64,000 nucleotides of DNA, taken from the IMG/VR virus record IMGVR_UViG_3300035156_000198, positions 9,513 through 73,512 of that record. One strand, written 5' to 3'. Source of the stretch: a virus. The translations under genes were made by a program, and so were the position numbers. Below, in pieces: positions 18,979-29,900 of this stretch (its first letter is position 1; each line of letters opens with the position of its first letter). The notes beneath the pieces are model-generated. The model ran no database searches. It was given only the letters and a program-made list of their open reading frames with translations, and was not told the DNA's origin.

Positions 18979-21263
18979 GCGCGACCCCTGTCACCCTGCA
19001 GAACGCCACCGACGCGACTGTCTTTCAACAGCGGCCGTCGACCAACTACGCCGACGCGCCGGGGCTCAGGTTGCGGGCCGGCTCCGGGGCCGAGGCCCGG
19101 TCGCTGATCTACTTCGCGCGGCCGTTCCCGCTGGGCGCCACCATCCTCGACGCGACACTTCGGCTGTACGCGACGGCCGCGTGGCCGGCCCAGTCCCGCC
19201 GGATCAACGCCTACCGGTGCACGCAACGGTGGGTCGCCCCGACCGTCACCTGGAACAACCAGCCGCCGCACACCACCAGCGCCGGCGCGTCGCTGACCAA
19301 GACGACCGCGGTGGCCGCCGACGAAGTGTGGGCCATCGACGTGACCGACCACATGCAGCTGGTCGCCGACGGTACCGCCTGGTTCGGCTGGAAGCTGACC
19401 ACCGACGACACGACTCTGCGCTACCTGCACTCCACGCAAGGGGAGATAAAGCCGACCCTGACGGTGACCTACGCGATGGTGCCGACCAAGCCGTCCACCC
19501 TGTCACCAGCTGGCGGGCGCGCCACCAGCCTCGCCGCGCCGCCGCTCCGGTTCGACTTCACCGACCAGGTGGCCTCCTCGAGTATCCAGGCCGCCCAGGT
19601 GCGCATCGGCACCGACGCGACGCTGACGACCGGCGTGTGGGACTCCGGGGTGGTGTACGTCGACGCTCCGCAGGTCGACCTCGCCGGGCTGATCCTGCCG
19701 AGGGTCGCCAACGGCGGTTTCGACACCGACCTGTCGGGGTGGGTCGGCGGCACGAACACCACCCTGGCCCGCACCACGAACACCGCCCTGACCAACGGTG
19801 GCAGCGCGGGCGCCGCCCAGCTGACCGCCGTCGCCGCCGGCGACATGCACCTGCAGACCAACGTCTACTACGACGTGGTGCCCGGTCAGTCGTACGCGCT
19901 GCTCGGGTCGGTCAGGACCGCCGCCACCGGTCGAACCGTCGAGGCGATAATCGACTGGCGCGACGCCGGCGGCACCATCATCAGCTCGACGGTCGGCACC
20001 GGGTCGACTGACACCACCAGCTACGCCGGCCGCACCGTGACCGGTGTCGCCCCCGTGGGCGCCGACACCGCCCGGCTCCGGTTCCGAGTCGCCGGCGCGG
20101 CCGCCGCCGAGGTCCACTACGTCGACTCGGTGAACTTCAAGAGCGGCAACCAAACGACCTTCAACGGGGTGCCGACCGGCACGACGTACTACTGGCAGGC
20201 GCGGGTGCAGGACCAGGCCGGCCTGTGGTCGCCGTACAGCGACATCGTGGCTTTCAGCCGGCAGACCAAGGCCACCACGACCATCACCAACCCGCCGGCC
20301 ACCGGCCTCATCACCGAGGCGACCCCGCCGATAGCGTGGACGTTCACCGGCCAGCAGCGGGCCTTTCAGGTCATCATCACCGACGCCGCCGGCAACACTG
20401 ACGCCAACAGCGGGGTCCAGGCGTCCACGGCGACCAGCTGGGCGGTGCCGGCCAAGGTGCTGCACGACGGCGAGACGTACACCGCCACGGTGCGCGTCTG
20501 GGACCAGCACGACCGAGAGAAGGTGCCCGGGGACACCCCTTGGGCCGCCGACTCTCAGACGTTCACCCTGTCTCAGTCGGCGACCGTCGCCGCGGTGACG
20601 GCGTTCACGTCGACCGACCTGTCACCGCAACCGGCCGCGCAGCTGGATTGGACCAGCGCGACGATGCCGGACTCCTACACCATCGTGCGCGACGGCCGCA
20701 CCATCGAGGCCGAGCTAGAGCCGTCGCTGCTGCTGGTGTCGGGCACCGCGTACCGCTACGTCGACTGGGGCGCGAGCCCACGCCGGTCGCACACCTGGAT
20801 CGTGCGGCGCGTGGTGAACGGTGTCACGTCGTCGGGCAACCCGTCGGCGGTGCGCACCCTGAACCCGCAAGGGGTATGGCTGATTGACGACGCCAACGAT
20901 GTCCAGGTGCAGATACTCGGGCAGGACCCCGGCAGCTGGGAGATGCCCGAGCAAGCCGCGAACTTCGACGTGCTCGGCGCCACCCGCACCATCCGCATCA
21001 CTCAAGGGTTGCAGGGGTTCCAGGGCGAGATAAGCGGCACCCTGGCCGCGTACGGCGGTCAGACGTTGGCGCAGATCGAGGCCGACTTCTACGCCATCAA
21101 GGGCCGGCCCGGGCGGCCGGTGCGGCTGGTCGTCGCCGACTTGAACCTGCCGGTCATCGTGTGGGGGCTGGTCAGCGCGCCGACGCCGGCGCCCGACCTG
21201 AACCGGGCCGTGAAGTTCAACTTCGCGCAGACCGGTGGGCTGCCTTTCAAGGTGACGCTGTGA
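18975..21263 (+). CDS. Minor tail protein with DNRLRE-like, carbohydrate-binding and Fn3-like segments
   Basis: DATVFQQRPSTNY, VANGGFDTDLSGW, YYWQARVQD; follows the tape measure gene. Confidence 0.75.
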   Translation: MSATPVTLQNATDATVFQQRPSTNYADAPGLRLRAGSGAEARSLIYFARPFPLGATILDATLRLYATAAWPAQSRRINAYRCTQRWVAPTVTWNNQPPHTTSAGASLTKTTAVAADEVWAIDVTDHMQLVADGTAWFGWKLTTDDTTLRYLHSTQGEIKPTLTVTYAMVPTKPSTLSPAGGRATSLAAPPLRFDFTDQVASSSIQAAQVRIGTDATLTTGVWDSGVVYVDAPQVDLAGLILPRVANGGFDTDLSGWVGGTNTTLARTTNTALTNGGSAGAAQLTAVAAGDMHLQTNVYYDVVPGQSYALLGSVRTAATGRTVEAIIDWRDAGGTIISSTVGTGSTDTTSYAGRTVTGVAPVGADTARLRFRVAGAAAAEVHYVDSVNFKSGNQTTFNGVPTGTTYYWQARVQDQAGLWSPYSDIVAFSRQTKATTTITNPPATGLITEATPPIAWTFTGQQRAFQVIITDAAGNTDANSGVQASTATSWAVPAKVLHDGETYTATVRVWDQHDREKVPGDTPWAADSQTFTLSQSATVAAVTAFTSTDLSPQPAAQLDWTSATMPDSYTIVRDGRTIEAELEPSLLLVSGTAYRYVDWGASPRRSHTWIVRRVVNGVTSSGNPSAVRTLNPQGVWLIDDANDVQVQILGQDPGSWEMPEQAANFDVLGATRTIRITQGLQGFQGEISGTLAAYGGQTLAQIEADFYAIKGRPGRPVRLVVADLNLPVIVWGLVSAPTPAPDLNRAVKFNFAQTGGLPFKVTL

Positions 21264-22426
21264 TCCCTCTGGGGCTCGACACCGCCGACCAGCGGGCCTA
21301 CCTGCAGACGGTGGTCGGCAGCCACTCAATGCGCACCCTGGTGCAGCTGACGAACATGGACGGTGACCGGCTCGGTGACCTGACCGGCATGCTGATCGAC
21401 GGCCAGGTCGACGTGAACCACGACTCATCGCCGACGCGCACGTGCTCCCTGTCGCTGATCGACGTGCACAACCGGCTGACGTTCGACTCCGACGCACCCG
21501 ACGAGGGCGCCATCTACATGGACCGGATGGTGCGGGTGCACCGGGGCGCGCTGGTGCCTGGTGTCGGGTGGGTCGACGTGCCGGTGTTCCTCGGCCCGGT
21601 GACCAAGATGGACCGCGACGGCGACGTGGTGAACATCGAGGCCGGCGGGAAAGAGCTGCTCGCCCAAGGGGCCATCTGGAAGCCCATGACCATCAGGCGC
21701 GGCCACCGCAAGACGTGGGCGGCCCAGCACATCCTGGCGCAAGGCGCCGGCGAGACACGTTTCAGCTTCCCCGAGTCGAACCTGAAGATGCCGCACAACC
21801 TGTCGCTGTCCCGTGAGTCGACACCTTGGGCGGCCGCGTCGGCCATCGCCAACGGCATGAACCGGCACCTGTTCTACGACGGCCGCGGTGTCTGCTGGAT
21901 GCGGCCGCGAGGCACGAACGTGGTGTGGACGTTCCGCGACGGTGACGGCGGCTCGGTGACCAGCACCCCGCAGATTAGCTACTCCACCGAGGACCTACGG
22001 AACATCGTGTGGGTCAAGGGCGGCGTCCCGACCGGCAAGAAGCAAGCCATCAGCGTGACCGCCACCGCCCCCCGGTCGCACCCGTTGTCGCCGTGGCGGC
22101 TCGGCCGGCACCTACGCGACGGCACCCTGGTGCCCCGGTGGCTGCTGGAAACCGTCGAGAACACCACGCTCCGCACCGCCGCCGAGGCCCGCGAGGTCGC
22201 CCGCAACAGGGTGGAGGCGTCCCTGCTGGAGTCGGTCGACGTGTCGTTCGACTCCCTGCCGCTGCCGTTTTTCGACCCGCTCGACCTGGCGCGGCTCGAC
22301 ACCACCGGCGCCGGCATGGTCTTCCGCATCCGGTCGTTCTCGATACCGCTGGGCGCCACCGAGGGCATGAGCGTCGGCGCGAACAAGCGGGTCAGTGTGC
22401 GGCCCCGTCGAGCTCGGAGGCCCTGA
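21260..22426 (+). CDS. Minor tail/baseplate hub protein (DUF5047-like)
   Basis: GQVDV...RTCSLSL...VHRG...VPVFLG; GTGA overlap. Confidence 0.7.
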   Translation: MIPLGLDTADQRAYLQTVVGSHSMRTLVQLTNMDGDRLGDLTGMLIDGQVDVNHDSSPTRTCSLSLIDVHNRLTFDSDAPDEGAIYMDRMVRVHRGALVPGVGWVDVPVFLGPVTKMDRDGDVVNIEAGGKELLAQGAIWKPMTIRRGHRKTWAAQHILAQGAGETRFSFPESNLKMPHNLSLSRESTPWAAASAIANGMNRHLFYDGRGVCWMRPRGTNVVWTFRDGDGGSVTSTPQISYSTEDLRNIVWVKGGVPTGKKQAISVTATAPRSHPLSPWRLGRHLRDGTLVPRWLLETVENTTLRTAAEAREVARNRVEASLLESVDVSFDSLPLPFFDPLDLARLDTTGAGMVFRIRSFSIPLGATEGMSVGANKRVSVRPRRARRP

Positions 22427-24084
22427 TGGCCAGGAACACCGACCAGGGGTTCATCCACTCGGTGACCAGCACCCCGCACGGCAGCCGCCTGGTCACCGCC
22501 GAGGCCGCCGGGTCGACGGTGCTGAACGTCAATGACGCCGGCGACTTCGCCGAGGACGGCGGCACCCTGGTGGTCAGCACCCCCGACACTGGCGACCTGA
22601 CCAAAGTGAACGAGACGGAGTACGACTACAGCACGGTCGACTACGACGCCGACACCGTGACGCTGACCAGTGGGCTAGTCGTCGCCGCCGAGGAAGGCGA
22701 CTGGGTAAAGGTGGTGCCGCAAGGGTTGAGCAAGGTGGCCACCGTGGTGATAGCTGACCGCGACGAAGCGGTGCTCGCCGCGGTGCCGGTCAGCTTGACC
22801 CGCGTGGTGCCTGACGGGGTGCGCACCGAGGGCGAGCACGAGCCGGTGGTCATCGCCCTACGCGACTACGAGTGGACGATCACCGACCTGCCTGGCCGGG
22901 CCGCGGCGCTCCGATCGGTGGACTACTCGGCGGGCACGACCGGGTGGGGCCTCGACGACGACGGCGCGCAGTTCGAGAACGCCAACGTCACCGGGTCACT
23001 CGGCGTCACCGACGTGACCACCGAGTCGCTCCGGCTGGGCGACCGTGACCTGGAAACCGACGTGCTCGGCCCGCTCGCCGGTGGAGTCGTCGCGTTCGCC
23101 AACGTGGCGACCGGCACCGGCACCGCGTCCATCGCCGCGACCGAGACGGCGATGTTCGAGTTCAACGCCGGCGACCTGCTCGACGGGCACGTCTACTACA
23201 TCGTCGTGCACGGGCACATGCCCGCCTCGACCGCTGGTGACGCCTTCGACTTCCGGTTGCGGTGGACCGGTGACAACACTGCCCCCGCCCTGACCTCGGG
23301 CATCATCGACGGCAGCCTGACCCGCGTGAACGTCCCCACCGTCACGTCAACCCACTTCGCCATCCACGGCATCTTCTACCTGCCGGCCGCGCCGTCGTAC
23401 CCCTCCCCGTTGCGGTTGCTGCTCACCCAACAGCGGGTCGCAGGGACCGGCACCGGTTCGATCTACATGGTGAGCGCCGACCGATCCCTGCAGTTCTGGG
23501 TTTTCGACATGGGGCTCCGCGAGGAGTTGCCCGGGTCGGTCATCCAACGGTCCGGCGGCGCCGGCACCGGCACCCCGACGGCGACCTACACCAAGTCGTG
23601 GAACTCCACCGACACGATGAGCTACGACTTCGACGGGCAGATCCGCGCCGACATGACCTACGACCTGTTCCAGGGGTACGGCGGGTCGTCCGAGCACGGC
23701 AACACGAGGTCGATGGCGATGTTCGATGACGCCGCGATCCGGGCGGCGCTGGCCGGCGCGACCATCACCAAGGTCACGTGCACGTTCCGGGTGAAGTACG
23801 CCCCCTACGGGCCCCTCGATGTCAGGATCAACCAGCACAACTCCGCGGGGCCGATTAGCCCCGACCTCTACACCGGCGGCCCGGTCATCGCCAACCGCGA
23901 CAACGGTGCTGTGGGCTCGACGTACACCGTGACGCTGCCGGTGTCGTTCGGCAACGCGCTGAAAGCTGGCACCGCGCGAGGGTTCGGGTTCTCAGCACCG
24001 ACCACCGAGCGGCGCTACCACGGGGCGATGTACGGGTCGGTGGCCACCGTCAAGCCGAAGCTGACCATCACCTACACGAAGTGA
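22426..24084 (+). CDS. Minor tail protein
   Basis: 552 aa, beta-rich; DYSAGTTGWGL; C-terminal KPKLTITYTK. Confidence 0.75.
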   Translation: MARNTDQGFIHSVTSTPHGSRLVTAEAAGSTVLNVNDAGDFAEDGGTLVVSTPDTGDLTKVNETEYDYSTVDYDADTVTLTSGLVVAAEEGDWVKVVPQGLSKVATVVIADRDEAVLAAVPVSLTRVVPDGVRTEGEHEPVVIALRDYEWTITDLPGRAAALRSVDYSAGTTGWGLDDDGAQFENANVTGSLGVTDVTTESLRLGDRDLETDVLGPLAGGVVAFANVATGTGTASIAATETAMFEFNAGDLLDGHVYYIVVHGHMPASTAGDAFDFRLRWTGDNTAPALTSGIIDGSLTRVNVPTVTSTHFAIHGIFYLPAAPSYPSPLRLLLTQQRVAGTGTGSIYMVSADRSLQFWVFDMGLREELPGSVIQRSGGAGTGTPTATYTKSWNSTDTMSYDFDGQIRADMTYDLFQGYGGSSEHGNTRSMAMFDDAAIRAALAGATITKVTCTFRVKYAPYGPLDVRINQHNSAGPISPDLYTGGPVIANRDNGAVGSTYTVTLPVSFGNALKAGTARGFGFSAPTTERRYHGAMYGSVATVKPKLTITYTK

Positions 24085-24120
24085 CCGCGGCCGCCCAGCT
24101 GGGCGGCTACCGTCGAGGGC

Positions 24121-24330
24121 ATGCGCGCCAAGGACGTCAAGCTGCTCGACGCGGTGATCGACCGCATCTCCAGCAGCATCACCGCCGCCGACATGCCAGG
24201 GGTGTCCATCTCCCAGGTGAACCTGGTCATGCCCGACGGGCTGCCGGTGGTGCTGCTGTGGGAGGCCGACCCACCCGCCGACGACGGGACGGCGGCCACG
24301 ACCGGCGACTGGCGCATTCAGGCGCAGTAG
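24121..24330 (+). CDS. Hypothetical protein
   Basis: 69 aa, RBS GAGGG. Confidence 0.5.
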   Translation: MRAKDVKLLDAVIDRISSSITAADMPGVSISQVNLVMPDGLPVVLLWEADPPADDGTAATTGDWRIQAQ

Positions 24331-24371
24331 CCGGGCCCTCACACCCGGCCCCCGGTAGCCGGCGAAACGCT

Positions 24372-24388
24372 GTCAATGGATGCTTGAC
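24372..24388. promoter_or_regulatory. GTCAA-N7-TTGAC palindromic operator, copy 3 of 5
   Basis: GTCAAtggatgcTTGAC upstream of the lysis cassette. Confidence 0.55.
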
Positions 24389-24468
24389 ACCCTCCTACGG
24401 CCCGGCGTGACGGTGGGCCCCGGGCCCGGCCGGCCCCTCCGAGGCCGTAGGACGGCACACCACGGCCA

Positions 24469-24488
24469 CCCGTGCGTACCCTGACCGC
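24469..24488 (+). promoter_or_regulatory. Putative late promoter element, second copy
   Basis: Identical to 13707-13726. Confidence 0.55.
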
Positions 24489-24510
24489 ACCGACTCTGGA
24501 GGGCGACACC

Positions 24511-24648
24511 GTGCCGACACCGATCCCCGAGCTTGACGCCTACGACGACATCGACCCCGATGTCGACTCACTGGTGGGCGAGCCGGCCGACGCCGACCAC
24601 GACCTCGACCCGGACACCTTCACCGAGGAAGAGGACGACACCCCGTGA
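24511..24648 (+). CDS. 45-aa very acidic peptide (not in ORF track)
   Basis: GGAGG RBS, GTG start, stop overlaps the endolysin start (GTGA); 18 D/E and no K/R. Confidence 0.6.
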   Translation: MPTPIPELDAYDDIDPDVDSLVGEPADADHDLDPDTFTEEEDDTP

Positions 24649-25367
24649 GTAGCTACTTCCTGGCGCCGGCGCTGCTGCAGCTCCGCGACGAAGTGAACAC
24701 CGCGTTTCCGCACCGCGACAAGTCATCGTGCGGCTGGATCGGTGACACGTCGCACGCCGCCCGGGTGAGCGACCATAACCCGTGCTGGTCGTGCTCGGGC
24801 CGCCTGGAAGGTGTCGTGCGGGCCCTGGACACCGACATAGACGACGGCGACCCCGGCCGCGACTTGCGCCGGCAGATTCTGAACGCCGCGGTCGGTGACC
24901 GGCGCGTGTGGTACGTCATCAGCAACGGCACCATCTACAGCCGCACCTACGGGTGGGCGGCCCGCCGCTACACCGGCAGCAACGGCCACTTCAAGCACGT
25001 GCACATCAGTCTCAGGCACGGGGTCGGGGAGTTCGACACGTCGCGCTGGTTCCCCGACATGAAGCGGCCCGGCCTGGCGCCGAGCTTGGCGCCGGCCGTC
25101 GACCTGTCGAACGTGCGCGAGCAGTTCCTTCGGGCGCTGGGCGTCGAGGCCGGCGAGGTCACCGCCCTGCCCGGGGTGGCCCGGGTGCAGCGGTCGCTGA
25201 ACCAGAAGTACGGCATGACGCTGACCGTGGACGGCTACGTCGGCGAGGGCACCCTGCACGGCTACGGGGTGCACGAGGCCGCCCGCGGCATCGAGGGCCG
25301 CCCCCGGGTGCCCGACGAGAAGACCCTGCCGCCGCTGATCGGCCCGACGTACCGCATGGTCGCCTGA
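24645..25367 (+). CDS. Endolysin (M15-like Zn peptidase plus C-terminal wall-binding region)
   Basis: GWIGDTSH...SDHNP...RALD...HFKHVHIS; C-terminal LTVDGYVGEGT. Confidence 0.82.
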   Translation: MSSYFLAPALLQLRDEVNTAFPHRDKSSCGWIGDTSHAARVSDHNPCWSCSGRLEGVVRALDTDIDDGDPGRDLRRQILNAAVGDRRVWYVISNGTIYSRTYGWAARRYTGSNGHFKHVHISLRHGVGEFDTSRWFPDMKRPGLAPSLAPAVDLSNVREQFLRALGVEAGEVTALPGVARVQRSLNQKYGMTLTVDGYVGEGTLHGYGVHEAARGIEGRPRVPDEKTLPPLIGPTYRMVA

Positions 25368-25645
25368 TGCCCGCGCACCGCTACGACCAGGGCGGCGACG
25401 GGCTGCCGCGGCCGTCGCCGGAGTCGACCAGCTCGGGCGCCGACGTGGTGGCCCGCGAGCCGGTGCGCACCTACCTGTACGCCGTCGGGGTCGCCTGCCT
25501 GCTGGTGCTCAACGGCTACGGCATCGTCGCCGACGAGCGAACCGCACTCTGGGGCAACCTGCTGGCCGTCGTGTTCGTCCCAGCCGTCGAGGCTGCACGC
25601 GCCCGCGTGACGCCTGTCCGTAAGCACAGAAGGAGCACCCCGTGA
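25367..25645 (+). CDS. Holin
   Basis: REPVRTYLYAVGVACLLVLNGYGIV...LWGNLLAVVF; two TM segments; coupled to the endolysin. Confidence 0.75.
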   Translation: MPAHRYDQGGDGLPRPSPESTSSGADVVAREPVRTYLYAVGVACLLVLNGYGIVADERTALWGNLLAVVFVPAVEAARARVTPVRKHRRSTP

Positions 25646-26472
25646 GAGTCGTCCTCGGCAACCGTGACGCCGCCATCCACCCGTCACCAGCTGACCCGGT
25701 GGAGGTCGAAGTGCAGCCGCGCGCCAAGCGCGCCACCGTGTTCGATGACAACCCCGACGACGGGCACACCCTCGGGCAGCTGTTCACGTCCATCACCCAC
25801 CCGACACAAGGTGTCTGGGCAAGCCACGCCGTCGAGGGGTCGAAGCCGGCATGGGTGGCCTCGGACAGCGAGGGCATGGCCGCGCTGCTCGCCGAGCACT
25901 ACGGCGGCATCGAGATTCGGGAGCTCGAGGACCCCTTCGCCGACCCGGCCGCCGGCATCAAGGGCACCGACGACTCGGTGCGCGACTCACGCCGACGCGG
26001 CGGCGGCGGCGCGGGAGGGGCCAAGGGTGCGGCGGCGCTGAACCTGATGCTGCTGGCCACGGTGGCGATGCTGGCCAAGGTCCAGCCGTGGCTGAAGACC
26101 AGCTACGGAAACGACTTCCAGGCCCGGCAGATGGCCGGCGCCGCGTCGGCCACCGCGGTCGCCCGGTTCGTGGGCCTGTCAGCGAACACGACCGCGCCGG
26201 CAGCTGGCGACACCACCCTGACGGGGGAGATCGTCACCGCCGGCCTCACCCGGCAGGGCGGCACGTACGCCCACACAACCGGCGTCGCGTCGTACACGAT
26301 CACCACGACGTTCACAGCTCAGGCCGCCGACGTGCCGGTGACGGTCGGCAAGCGGGGCACGTTCGAGGCGCTCGCCGGCGGCTCCCAGGTGTTCTCCACC
26401 CTCATCACGCCGACGGCGACCCTGTCCGCAGCCGGGGACACCCTGACGCTGACCGACACTGTGACGCTGTAG
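25642..26472 (+). CDS. Putative tail-fibre-associated structural protein
   Basis: Thr/Ala-rich C-terminal half (GLSANTTAPAAGDTTLTGEI...TLSAAGDTLTLT). Confidence 0.55.
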   Translation: MRVVLGNRDAAIHPSPADPVEVEVQPRAKRATVFDDNPDDGHTLGQLFTSITHPTQGVWASHAVEGSKPAWVASDSEGMAALLAEHYGGIEIRELEDPFADPAAGIKGTDDSVRDSRRRGGGGAGGAKGAAALNLMLLATVAMLAKVQPWLKTSYGNDFQARQMAGAASATAVARFVGLSANTTAPAAGDTTLTGEIVTAGLTRQGGTYAHTTGVASYTITTTFTAQAADVPVTVGKRGTFEALAGGSQVFSTLITPTATLSAAGDTLTLTDTVTL

Positions 26473-26473
26473 C

Positions 26474-26926
26474 GTGCGCGTCGCCCTGTCCGGTCGCAGC
26501 GCAGCGACGGCCGCGACCATCAACGCCGTCGGCGCCGCCCTGTGGAACCCGCACGCCTCGATCCGGCTCAGGGTCTACGAGATTTCGTGGGCCAAGACGG
26601 TGGCGACCGTCGACAACATGGCGCTGGTCCGCACCACCACCCGCGGCACGGTGACCACCATCGCATCGACCGTCGACAACGAAACCGACCGGGCCGCCGT
26701 CGCCCCGTCCGGTGCTGGCCTCGACGTGACGTACACCGCCCAGCCGACCATCGCATCAGCTGCCGCGCCGCTGGCCCGGTGGAACCTGCCGGCGGCCATC
26801 GGCGCGGGGTTCGTGTGGTCACTGCCCGAGGAGTGGGAGATACCGCCGGGCACGGGCCTGGCGATTATGACGCCGGTGGCGACGATCCTGCAGCCGGCCG
26901 ACGTGTCGTTCCGCTGGGCCGAGTAG
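26474..26926 (+). CDS. Hypothetical beta-rich protein, probably structural
   Basis: 150 aa within the second fibre module. Confidence 0.55.
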   Translation: MRVALSGRSAATAATINAVGAALWNPHASIRLRVYEISWAKTVATVDNMALVRTTTRGTVTTIASTVDNETDRAAVAPSGAGLDVTYTAQPTIASAAAPLARWNLPAAIGAGFVWSLPEEWEIPPGTGLAIMTPVATILQPADVSFRWAE

Positions 26927-26943
26927 CCCCGGGGGGCTAGGCC

Positions 26944-29900
26944 ATGCCCGTCATCCGGTACACCGACTACCTCGGCGTCACCCGCAACCGGCTGCCGACC
27001 TCGCCGACGGCGCTGCACTCACCGCGCACCGGCAGCCGCGAGATAGACGGCGGGCCGGGCAACCCGGTCCTGTTCGCTGACGACTTCAACCGGCCCGACC
27101 AGGCGCTGAACGCCAACGGCAACTGGATCAACGCCTCGGCCGGCACACCCATGTCCATCATCGGCGGCCAGCTGGTCGGCGGCACCACCGCGTCGCCGGC
27201 GTTCCGGTGGGCCGCCCCAACGGCCAGCGACGACCAGTTCTCCGAGGTCCAATGGCTCGGCGGCAGCTTCAACGGGCCGAACGTGCAGATGAGCAGCTAC
27301 GCCGCCAACGCCGGCGCGAGCACGGTGCCGCCGTTCTACGTGTTCCGGTGGAACTCCGCGACGAACGTCGGGCTGGGCTACAAGACCGCCGGCAGCTCGA
27401 CGTACACCGCCCTCACGTCGGCCACCTACACCCTGACCCCGGGCGACCTGATGCGCCTGGAGTACGTGGGCGGCATCCTGCGCTGCTACGTGAACGACGT
27501 GCTGCTGATCACCCACGACCCGGTGGCGCTCAGGATCACCGGTCAGCGGCACGTCGGCATCGGCGTGAACACCGGGTCGGCCTCGGGCCTGACCCTGTTC
27601 GACAACTGGCGCGGCGGTGACGCGGCCGCCTACGTGCCGGCGGTCCTGCCGACGGCGTACGTGGCGACCACCAGCGACGCGGCACCAGCTGCCGACACCG
27701 CGAGCGCAGCGGTCACCCCGGCGACCCCGCCGAGCACCGTGGTGTTCTTCGATGACTTCACCGGCCCGGCCGGCACCGCCCCGTCGGCGGCGTCCTGGTC
27801 GTACGACATCGGCGACCTCGGGGTGAACAACGAGCTGCAGACCTACACCAGCTCGGCGGCCAACGTGGCCACCGACGGCGCCGGGAACCTGGCCATCGTC
27901 GCCCGCTCGGACGGCGCCGGCGGCTACACCAGCGGCCGCATCCACGCCATCGGCAAGGTCGCCCAGCAGTTCGGGCGCATCGAGGCCCGGATCAAGGTGC
28001 CCAAGGGCACGGGGCTGTGGCCGGCGTTCTGGGCGATGAGCGACCCGGCGGTGTACGGCGCGTGGCCCCGCAACGGCGAAATCGACATCCTCGAATCGGT
28101 GAACGCGATGCTCACCGACACCACATCGCTGCACGGGCCGATGACCGCCGCACCGGGCACACCCTGGCACCTGAACCGCACATGGACCCCCGGCCTGGAC
28201 CTCTCGGCTGACTTCCACGTGTACGCCGTCGAGTGGCAAACCAACCTCATCGCGTTCTACCTCGACGGGGGCCTGGCGCACGTGCTGACGCCGGCGGACA
28301 TGCCGGCGGGGGCGACGTGGCCTTTCAACGACAAGCCGTTCTCCCCGATCCTGAACCTCGCCGTCGGTGGCGACTTCCCCGGGCAGACCGTCGACCCGGC
28401 GGCGCTGCCGGCGACCATGCTTGTCGACTACGTGCGGATCACCACCCCGCCGACTGGTGGGTTCACCGCCGCCCGCCCCAAGGTGTCGACGCTGGTTACC
28501 GCGTTCACCGACCAACGCGAGTTCGAGGGCTGGTGGGCCGCGGCCGCCCTCGCCGGCGGCGCCCTGGTGCTGCAGGTCAACAATCAGTACGGCGGCATCC
28601 TGCGCTCCGAGCGACGCTTCGACCTCACCAGCTCGCAGATGTCCGCGCAGCTGGTCGCCCCGCCCAACGTCGGCGCCGGCACCACCGAGACGCAATTCCA
28701 GGCGCTGGCCAACCCGAGCAACTACGTGGACTTCGGGTGGGTGAACGGCACCCTCTACTGCCGCGAAGTGGTCAACGGGGCCTCCGACGCGACGTACCCG
28801 GGCTACACCCCGGCGCAAGACAAGTTCCTCCGCATGCGCCACGACGGCACGAACCTCATCTGGGAGACCTCACCTGACGGCGTGACCGGGTGGGTGACGC
28901 GCCGGTCGAAGGTGCCCGTCGTGCCGCTGACGAACCTCGGGGTGCAGCTGGTCGCCGGCTACTACGGCACCGAGACGGCGCCGGGCACCGCGACGTGGGA
29001 CGACCTGAACACCACCGCCGCCGCGCCGGCGCAGCTCGCCCGAGCTGCAGCTGACACCGCCTCTGCAGCTGACGCCACGACCAGGGCGACCACCCGGACC
29101 AGGGCGACCGGCGACGCGGCCGCCGCCGCCGACCAGCTGACCCGTGCGGCGACCCGGGCCAGGGCGACCCTAGACACCGCACCAGCTGCCGACACCGTGG
29201 CCACCAGCGCGGTGCCGGCCCTGGCGCAGCTGACCCGCTCGACCACCGACACCGCGGCCGCGAGCGACGCCCTGACGGCCGCACGAGACGCGGCCAGGGC
29301 GACGGTCGACACCGCAACAGCTGCCGACACCGCCACCGCCGAGGTCACCCCGGCGGCCACTGGGCCAGCGATCACCGCCGGCAACGGGTTCGAGGGCCTC
29401 GCCGACGGCACCACGATCACCCCGGCCAACAGCGGCGGCGCGTCGGGCACCGCGTTCGACGCCGCCACCATCCCGTCGTCTGGGCAGACCATCGCCGTGT
29501 CGGCGGCCAGGGCCGCGCACGGCACCCGGTCGCTGCAGATCGGCACCGGCGCGACCGCGACGACCTCGAACCTGTCATGGATGGCCGCCGTCGGTGCGCG
29601 CACCACGTTCTACCTCCGGTGGTACGCCTACTTCACGGCGCTGCCGGCGTCGTCCTCGACGTTGTGGCGGGGGCTGCTCGGCGGCACAACCGGCATGGGC
29701 ATCAACCTGTCATCGGCCGGCGCGCTTCGGGCCCAGGACGCCGCCGGCGCATCATCGACGGCGACGACCGTCCCGGGCTCGATCCCGCTGAATCAGTGGT
29801 TCCGGGTCGAGGCTCGGGTCGTAGCCGGCACCGGCGGCACCGGCACCATCGAGATCCGCCGCTACGACACCGCAGACGCACCGGTCGGGTCACCGTCGGC

